Positions 23,772 through 30,126 of a stretch of 30,126 nucleotides of DNA are shown one piece after another. The notes below the pieces were generated by a model, which saw nothing but the letters and a program-made list of their open reading frames with translations, ran no database searches and had not been told where the DNA came from. Every line of letters begins with the position of its first letter. Within the stretch, counting starts at the first letter, position 1. The DNA comes from a virus (taxonomy: Duplodnaviria; Caudoviricetes), in IMG/VR virus record IMGVR_UViG_3300016643_000320, positions 1-30,126 of that record. One strand, written 5' to 3'. Made by a program: the position numbers and the translations under genes.

Positions 23772-26351
23772 GTGGGAGCCAGTATTACCCTTGCAGGTGA
23801 AAGCCTGATCGCCCAAAAACTCGGCGCGCAACAACGCCTCGAAGTCGTGCGTTTTGTCTTTGCCAATGTACCCGGGCTGAACCCGAACAGTCCCGTCAAT
23901 CGCGCCGCGCCGAAGCCGCCGGCGGCGCAGATCGTCCACACCTATACGATCCCTTCCCAAAATATCGGGTTCGTTAACCCCAACCAGGTGGTCTACAGCT
24001 CGATGCTGGGCAGCGATATCGGGGACTTTGACTGGAACTGGATTGGCCTGGAAACCGCCGAGAACGTGTTGCTCGCCGTGGCTTACGTGCCGCTGCAGCA
24101 GAAGCGTAAGAATATTCCGCCGCAGCAGATCGGCAACAACGTTACCCGCAACATCCTGGTGGTATTCGACGGCGCCCAGGCGCTGACTGGCATCACCATT
24201 GACGCCAAGACCTGGCAACACGACTTTACCGTCCGGCTTAAAGGGATTGATGAGCGTGAGCGCCTGAGCAACCGCGATGTGTTCGGTCGGGCGTGCTTCT
24301 ACCGTAGCGGCTTGCAGGTGGAGAAGGTCGGCACCAAGTACCAGCTCAAGCCCGGGATGGCATACGTCGAGGGTATCCGTCTGGAGCTGGCCAGCACCTT
24401 GATCCTCACACCTCCAGCGGTGCCGGCGTCGGTTTGGCTGGATGTCTGTCTGCGGCGTGAGCTGAATGATGTAATGGCCACCTGGAAAGTGGTGTACGGC
24501 GCTAGCCAAGTCGACTACCTGGACAGCGATGGCGTCCGGCACTACTGCGTTCCATTGGCCCAGTTGGTCAACGCCAATTCGATTACTGACCTGCGCACCG
24601 TCGCGCCCATCGATGGGCCGTTGGTCGATCACTTCGCCGCCAAGGTCGGGCACTACCCGGACCTGCGCTCTGGATCGACAACGCGTTTAGCCAACCCCCG
24701 CGCCATCAACGGGGTTGCGTTCGACGGTACCAAGGACATCTCGGTCCTGGACGACACCAAACTGCCCCTGGCCGGTGGCACCATGATTGGCGATGTGATC
24801 TACGCCGCTGGTAACTACTTAGCCAGCTCCTGGGCGCGTGGGTTTTCGTTCACGTCGGGCGGTAAAGTCGTAGGTGGTATTGGCGGCTACGGCACGTCCA
24901 CCGGCTTCAAGACGTTATTTATGGGCTTGGGGACGGATGGGTACATCACAGGCAACGGCGTGCGGGTTTCTGACACCGGTGTGGCGATTACGGGGAAACT
25001 TTCTGGCGACGGTGGCGGACTTGTTAACCTCAACGCCGGCGCGCTCACTGCCGGTACGGTGCCCCGGGTCAACCTGTCTGGCTCCTATGACATCAACGTC
25101 ACGGGCAATGCCGGTTCAGCTACTCGGTTGGAAACGGCGCGCCTGATCAACGGCGTGCTGTTTGACGGAACTCAAAATATTGCGATCGCTGACGGTTCTA
25201 AGCTACCGACCACCGGCGGCATTCTGACCGGAGGCGTGCAGTTCAAGGTGCCCATCATCGGCGGAGCATTTGCCAACTGGCAGGAGCGACTAACAGCAAT
25301 TCAGATTGATTGCCCAACCAATGGCGCCGCGTATTCCATATGGAAGGGCACCAATTGGGGCGAACGTCATCTGGCATCCATGGATGTGTACGCTGGCGGC
25401 TCTGCGAACTCTATTCCTTCGATTGTCATGCATGTTGGGGGAAGCGTTTCGGCGTTCACCTTGGACGGTTCTGGCCATCTGACAATCAAAGGATCCTACT
25501 TTGGGGACGGCGGACAACTGTACGGTTTAAACGCCAATGCACTGACCCTCGGTACGCTGCCCAAGGCTCGATTGAACGGTACTTACGATATTGCTGTGTC
25601 GGGTAATGCGGCCACCGCGACCAAGCTGGCCACGCCTCGACTCATCAACGGTGTAGCGTTCGACGGCACCAAGAACATCGACATCAATGACAGTTCAAAG
25701 CTGCCGCTGGCCGGCGGTTTGGTCACAGGCACCGTGCGCTTCGACTTCAAGGACATGGGCGGCGCGTTCAATGACTGGCGCGCGCGCTATCCGGCGTTGC
25801 AGGTCGACTGCCCTGCCAATAGTGCTGGCTATATGGTTTGGAGGGCGACCAACTGGGGCCAGCGCCATCTGGCCGCTATGGATGTGTGGGCTGGGGGAGG
25901 TAATACCACCCCGACATCGGTGGTGATGCACGTTGGGGACACCAACAGCGCGTTGACTCTTAGCGAAGGCGGGAATCTTCGTATCGCTGGCACCTACAAC
26001 GGAAACGCGGCCGGGCTGACCAACTTGCCCCAGGCCACTCCTGAGGTACCTGGGGCTGTGCTGAAAAACACCGCATCGCTGGGGCCGAACGGTTGGTGGA
26101 AGTGCGCGCAAACCGGTGTGATCAAGCAATGGGGCATCACCCTCGGCGCTGCGGATGACGTCAACTTTCGAAGTTTTCCTATCGCTTTTCCAAACCGATG
26201 CGTCTCCCTCGTCGCCTCCCGGACCAGCCTTTTCTACAGCGACGTAACGTCGGGCACTAACACCATGATTGTCAGCAATGCGCAATTCTCCGTGATATCC
26301 GGCCCATTCAACTCCCCCGATGACATTTACTGGGAAGCCACTGGCTACTGA
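23772..26351 (+). CDS. Tail fibre protein
   Basis: N-terminal baseplate-attachment domain (VVYS..L.S..GDFD.NWIGL), three R.INGV.FDGT.NI shaft repeats, C-terminal NGW.K...G.I.QWG...FPIAFPN domain. Confidence 0.92.
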   Translation: MGASITLAGESLIAQKLGAQQRLEVVRFVFANVPGLNPNSPVNRAAPKPPAAQIVHTYTIPSQNIGFVNPNQVVYSSMLGSDIGDFDWNWIGLETAENVLLAVAYVPLQQKRKNIPPQQIGNNVTRNILVVFDGAQALTGITIDAKTWQHDFTVRLKGIDERERLSNRDVFGRACFYRSGLQVEKVGTKYQLKPGMAYVEGIRLELASTLILTPPAVPASVWLDVCLRRELNDVMATWKVVYGASQVDYLDSDGVRHYCVPLAQLVNANSITDLRTVAPIDGPLVDHFAAKVGHYPDLRSGSTTRLANPRAINGVAFDGTKDISVLDDTKLPLAGGTMIGDVIYAAGNYLASSWARGFSFTSGGKVVGGIGGYGTSTGFKTLFMGLGTDGYITGNGVRVSDTGVAITGKLSGDGGGLVNLNAGALTAGTVPRVNLSGSYDINVTGNAGSATRLETARLINGVLFDGTQNIAIADGSKLPTTGGILTGGVQFKVPIIGGAFANWQERLTAIQIDCPTNGAAYSIWKGTNWGERHLASMDVYAGGSANSIPSIVMHVGGSVSAFTLDGSGHLTIKGSYFGDGGQLYGLNANALTLGTLPKARLNGTYDIAVSGNAATATKLATPRLINGVAFDGTKNIDINDSSKLPLAGGLVTGTVRFDFKDMGGAFNDWRARYPALQVDCPANSAGYMVWRATNWGQRHLAAMDVWAGGGNTTPTSVVMHVGDTNSALTLSEGGNLRIAGTYNGNAAGLTNLPQATPEVPGAVLKNTASLGPNGWWKCAQTGVIKQWGITLGAADDVNFRSFPIAFPNRCVSLVASRTSLFYSDVTSGTNTMIVSNAQFSVISGPFNSPDDIYWEATGY
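24675..26030 (+). repeat. Three tandem tail-fibre modules
   Basis: NGV.FDGT motif at 24708, 25149 and 25647 (periods 147 and 166 codons). Modules 2 and 3 share GGAF..W, Q.DCP.N and TNWG.RHLA.MDV.AGG. Confidence 0.8.
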
Positions 26352-26354
26352 CCT

Positions 26355-26993
26355 ATGAGCATTTTCTTTCACGCAGTGACAGCAGGTTTTTATGACACCC
26401 GGGCCCATGGAGACCGCACTCTGCTGGTCCCTGATCCAAAGTGGGTGCATCCATTGATCAGCATTCCAGACCCTAACTGGATGGCAACTGAGGGTGGCCC
26501 GGCCAAGCCCCCGACTATAAAGATGCGCGATCCTAAAGCTACACCAACACTGATCGAAGTCCCGAACCCGGACTGCAGCTTACCGCCGGACGGGGAACTG
26601 CTGGAGATCACACCGGGCGAGTACCAAGCGCTGTTTGCCGCCCAGGCTCAGGGCAAGATGATTCAAGCGTTAGACGGCCGGCCCGTGGCTGTCGATCCGC
26701 CGCCTTTGACGTGGGAGCAACGCAAATCCGTGTACGTGGCTAGCGTGCAAGCATTCTTGGACAAAACAGCCAAGTCTGCCGGCTATAACGACCTTAAGGA
26801 CGTGATCAGTTACGTGGATGAACCCTCGGTACCAAAGTTTCAGGCCGACGGTATAGCGTTCCGTACTTGGCGTTCGCTGTGCTGGGCGTACTGCTACGAT
26901 CAGTTTTCGGCGATCGAGCAGGGCAAGCGTGAGACACCGACCAGCGCCGAGCTGATGACTGAGCTGCCTGCCCTGGTGCTGCCAAATGCCTGA
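26355..26993 (+). CDS. Tail fibre assembly chaperone
   Basis: FF.A.T.GFYD...HG start; EIT..EYQAL..AQ.QGK.I....GRP; C-terminal SY.DEP.VPKFQA.G.AFR.WRS..W. Confidence 0.78.
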   Translation: MSIFFHAVTAGFYDTRAHGDRTLLVPDPKWVHPLISIPDPNWMATEGGPAKPPTIKMRDPKATPTLIEVPNPDCSLPPDGELLEITPGEYQALFAAQAQGKMIQALDGRPVAVDPPPLTWEQRKSVYVASVQAFLDKTAKSAGYNDLKDVISYVDEPSVPKFQADGIAFRTWRSLCWAYCYDQFSAIEQGKRETPTSAELMTELPALVLPNA

Positions 26994-27918
26994 TATGACC
27001 TGGTCGCCAGTAACAATGCGCTGGCCTACCCGAGCCACCGAATGGATGGGCCAGCTGTCAGCCGCCCAGGGCTTGGCCGGCGGCGAACTGGCCAGCACGA
27101 CCAAGCGCCTGGCGAACCTCAACGGCAAAACTACTACCAACCCTGGGCCGGTGGGTGACGCTGCCCAGGGCGCAATCGTCGCCGGCCGTGAGGCATTGGC
27201 TGATCAGATGGGCGAGGCCCCGGCGTGCCTGGTGGTGACGCCGTTTCAGAGTGGTATCGGCCAGGGGCGCGGCTATCAGCGCTTCCTGTCGGCACCGAAC
27301 CTGCTGCAGCAGCTGGCCGGCAAACTGGTGGACGTGAGCGACACCGGCCGGCCCGATGGCCCCCAGTTCGCCCTATGCTTGATGTTCCTGGCCACGCGCT
27401 TTGATCAACTGGCCGAGAGCCTGGTCCGCTTCAATGCGCTATTGCCCATACCTGACCTGGTGCGAGCCGAGCGCCGTGCACGGCACCTCTCGAAGCTGGA
27501 GATGGAAAAGTGGGAGATTCCCGCCGCCGGCACTTTGCCGCGCTGGCAGGCGTTGCCCCTGGAGCGCTGCACCGTAGTCAAGGCCGCGCAACAATCCATG
27601 TCTGGCCAGCTCGCCGTTCTGGAGAGCTACGCGGCCGACAGCTCGCCCATGGCCGACCTTACCGCGTTGGCCAACCGTAAGGCGGCTCAACAGCAGGGCC
27701 GGGATCAGCAGCTGGCCGACCTTAAAGCCTCGCTCGCCGGCGGCAACCCTGACAGCAGTATGCGTGCTCGTCTGATCGGACCAGGCAACGCCACCGAGCT
27801 GCGCCAGGCGTTGCTGGCCGGTGACGCCCCCGGGCATGAATGGGTTCTGTGTGCCGGCGCGCTTCTGGTGGGATCTGAAAAGGGGTTGAGCTTCGTCCGC
27901 GAGTTGGTGGGCCTATGA
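26986..27918 (+). CDS. Hypothetical tail/baseplate-associated protein
   Basis: 310 aa; overlapping operonic arrangement after the fibre chaperone, as in HP1-like phages. Confidence 0.7.
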   Translation: MPDMTWSPVTMRWPTRATEWMGQLSAAQGLAGGELASTTKRLANLNGKTTTNPGPVGDAAQGAIVAGREALADQMGEAPACLVVTPFQSGIGQGRGYQRFLSAPNLLQQLAGKLVDVSDTGRPDGPQFALCLMFLATRFDQLAESLVRFNALLPIPDLVRAERRARHLSKLEMEKWEIPAAGTLPRWQALPLERCTVVKAAQQSMSGQLAVLESYAADSSPMADLTALANRKAAQQQGRDQQLADLKASLAGGNPDSSMRARLIGPGNATELRQALLAGDAPGHEWVLCAGALLVGSEKGLSFVRELVGL

Positions 27919-28466
27919 CGCTGCTACTGGATGGGCAAGAGGTACGCGGGAAGAACCTCAAGGTCACCGGCAATCTGCGCATTGAGAGCGACGACTTGTC
28001 TGGCCAGACCAGCAACACCGACAAGGGCCACAAGGGCTTCAAGCCCAAGACCCTGACCGTCAGCCTCATGATTCCCTTCGTTGACCAGGTGCAACTGCGC
28101 GACCTGATGCGTCTGGTGGAAGCGACCGAAGGCGGTGGCCAGCTCAAGACCTACCGCATCGTCAACGACACCGCCGCCGCGTTCGGTATGCGCCAGGTGA
28201 CGTTCACCGAAGGCGTGAGCGCCCGGGAAGACGACAATCTGCGTGGCTGGCTGATCCAGTTCACCCTGACTGAAAAGCTGTCGAACCCGGAGAAAGTCGA
28301 GGGCCGGCGATCGGGCAACGCGGTCACCGCGCAATCCGGCCCGGGCGGGGCAGTGGGTGGCAGCGGCGGCACCGGTGGCGATTCCAGCAACGGCCCGGAG
28401 GAACTGACCGGCTTTGAGGCCACACTGAAAAAGGTGGACGGCTGGTTGGGCGGGGCTAACACATGA
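27915..28466 (+). CDS. Baseplate/tail tube initiator-like protein
   Basis: 183 aa; DLSGQTS.T.....G.KPK.L.V...IPF and W.IQFTL.E.LS.PE motifs typical of HP1-like tail-end genes. Confidence 0.65.
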   Translation: MTLLLDGQEVRGKNLKVTGNLRIESDDLSGQTSNTDKGHKGFKPKTLTVSLMIPFVDQVQLRDLMRLVEATEGGGQLKTYRIVNDTAAAFGMRQVTFTEGVSAREDDNLRGWLIQFTLTEKLSNPEKVEGRRSGNAVTAQSGPGGAVGGSGGTGGDSSNGPEELTGFEATLKKVDGWLGGANT

Positions 28467-29167
28467 AGCTGCACAAGGAGTTGGCCATCAACGGCGTACC
28501 TCACGTCCTGATCAAAAACGAAGTCCGGCTGGACGCGAAAAGCCCCGGCCGAGCGACGTTCACCATTCAAGCCTCGGCGCCCGTCAAGGGTCTGGTGACG
28601 CTCGATATCGGCTACAACGGCAACACGCTGCAGCGACACTTCATTGGCTACGTCGAACGCTCCACTACGGCCAGCAGCACCCAGCAGGTGCTGTTCTGCC
28701 GCGAGCTGGCGGCGATCCTGGCCAACCCGTTGCCGCTGAACCTGCGCCACGTCGATCTTCGCGCTGTCCTGGTCGAGATCGGCCAGCACACCGGGTTGCG
28801 CTTTCGCGTCCCGGATCGGCCCTACGCCGGCGTTAAGGCGCCGTTCTTCTACAGCCTGGCTGCAGGCTACCAAGCCATGGACAGCCTGGCCCGGGTTTTC
28901 AACATCCCCGACTTCATCTGGCAGCAGCAGGGTGACGGGGAGGTATTCGTGGGCTGTTGGGCCGACAGCTTCTTTGGCGTTCGCTCGCCGCTACAGATGC
29001 CGGTGGAACTGTTCGACAACTACCAGGGCAATCAAAGCGCAATGATTGCAGCCCTTCCCGGGTTGCGACCAGGTGCAACAATCAACCACGGCGAGCGCAT
29101 CACCAGTGTGGCGCTCATCGACAACCAGATGGCAATCCGATGGACGACGCAATCCGCCGCAGCGTAG
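28463..29167 (+). CDS. Baseplate hub-like protein
   Basis: 234 aa; PGRA.F, LDIGY....R.F.GYVER and W.QQGDG..FVG motifs; precedes the spike gene. Confidence 0.65.
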   Translation: MKLHKELAINGVPHVLIKNEVRLDAKSPGRATFTIQASAPVKGLVTLDIGYNGNTLQRHFIGYVERSTTASSTQQVLFCRELAAILANPLPLNLRHVDLRAVLVEIGQHTGLRFRVPDRPYAGVKAPFFYSLAAGYQAMDSLARVFNIPDFIWQQQGDGEVFVGCWADSFFGVRSPLQMPVELFDNYQGNQSAMIAALPGLRPGATINHGERITSVALIDNQMAIRWTTQSAAA

Positions 29168-30126
29168 AACGACAATTCCCAGAACTCACCGGTGGTTACC
29201 ACCTGCCACGCTTTGCCCGGGTTGTCGCCGTGGCCGACGCCCCGGCCGGCGCTGGCATCTGTGACGACTTTCGACCGCGCTATGCAGTCGATATCGAGGT
29301 CATGGGGCCGGACGGCGAGCCAGATCCCAAGCTGCCGATCCTGGCGGGCGTGCCGTTGCCGCTGCCCACCGGTGGCGAAGAGATGGGCATCTATGCGTTT
29401 CCCGAGGAAGGCACCCAGGTTGTGGTGTGCTTTGCCTATGGCCTACCGCACAAACCCTATATCCAAACCATACTGCCCCACGGGCTGAGCATGCCCAGCG
29501 TGCCGAAGGGTGACCAGGTATGGCAGCACAGCGAAGCCTGTCAACAGCGTGTCGATGCCGACGGCAACTGGCTGCGCCAAACGGACGGCAAGATCCGGGA
29601 CAAGGCGATCGAGCGGGAAGTGGAGGCGATGGATAATAAGGAGACGTTTCAGAACCACGCCAGGACGGTGGCCGACCATTCAAAGGAGTCAGTCGGGGGG
29701 ATTAAGACGATTGAGGCGTTGGGCGCGCTTAAGCTGTTGTCGGGCGGTTCTGCGAGTCTGGCGGCGGTGGATGATCTGCACCAGGCGACCGGGCGAGATT
29801 TGAACCTAGTGGTGGGGCAAAAGCACAACGCCACGGTAGGTGGCGACATGGAAGAAAGAATTCAAGGTTTGCGCAACAGTGTAGCGGCAATCAGTCAACA
29901 GCTGGTCGCGCCGATGACCTGGTTAGGATCAGAAAGTGTAAATAGCTTGCAAATACTTTGTGAACTCATTGAGTTGGTGGAATTGATGAATACTCAACTT
30001 TCCATACACAAACACGGCCCCACACCTATCCCCGAAAACTCTTCTGCATTCATCGAGAATACAGCCGTCACAGCTGACATGCAAAGACAGTTAAAATCCA
30101 TAACACTTCAACATCACGGAAATTAA
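29140..30126 (+). CDS. Baseplate central spike (gpV/gp5-like OB fold, beta-helix, HxH tip)
   Basis: 328 aa from MDDAIRR; FP.EGT.V.V.FA.G.P..P OB-fold motif; repetitive V-G-G strands; C-terminal HKH. Confidence 0.75.
   Translation: MDDAIRRSVERQFPELTGGYHLPRFARVVAVADAPAGAGICDDFRPRYAVDIEVMGPDGEPDPKLPILAGVPLPLPTGGEEMGIYAFPEEGTQVVVCFAYGLPHKPYIQTILPHGLSMPSVPKGDQVWQHSEACQQRVDADGNWLRQTDGKIRDKAIEREVEAMDNKETFQNHARTVADHSKESVGGIKTIEALGALKLLSGGSASLAAVDDLHQATGRDLNLVVGQKHNATVGGDMEERIQGLRNSVAAISQQLVAPMTWLGSESVNSLQILCELIELVELMNTQLSIHKHGPTPIPENSSAFIENTAVTADMQRQLKSITLQHHGN

Larger units (their letters stand above)
1..30126. mobile_element. P2-superfamily (HP1/K139-like) temperate prophage, near complete; att ends lie outside the window
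   Basis: Contiguous int-C-cox switch, replication gene, ogr, portal/terminase divergent from scaffold/capsid, sheath/tube, lysis, tape measure, baseplate and tail fibre genes in HP1/K139-like order. Confidence 0.95.

Noticed and set aside
23136-24653. Long antisense ORFs (505 aa here; also 9447-10448, 13406-14314 and others)
   Set aside because: These are shadow frames of well-supported high-GC genes, with no motifs or RBS.
25100-26030. Diversity-generating retroelement or invertible fibre cassette
   Set aside because: The duplicated modules differ at all base types rather than only adenines, both are in-frame coding, and no reverse transcriptase or invertase is present.

Overview
The window is almost entirely one P2-superfamily (HP1/K139-like gene order) temperate myophage prophage. 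A Pseudomonas host is inferred from codon usage and an AmrZ-like gene. It runs from the stop codon of a cargo gene beyond the integrase to the stop codon of the baseplate spike gene, so the att sites are not visible. The leftward lysogenic operon carries two tandem paralogous C-type repressors, a tyrosine integrase and an AT-rich SH3b-domain cargo gene. A P2/186-like face-to-face switch with three 21-bp-phased operator-like sites separates it from the early operon. The early operon has cox, an 896-aa Zn-finger/TOPRIM/P-loop primase-helicase in place of the P2/HP1 rolling-circle initiator, an iteron origin (13 perfect TGTTCCGG octamers plus an IHF box) and small genes including an AmrZ-like ribbon-helix-helix protein. 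An AT-rich accessory interval, ogr, portal and terminase follow. A symmetric divergent late promoter then precedes the head, tail, lysis (SAR endolysin, Rz/Rz1), frameshifted tail chaperone, tape measure, baseplate and repeat-built tail fibre genes. All calls are by eye from motifs and synteny; no database searches were run.
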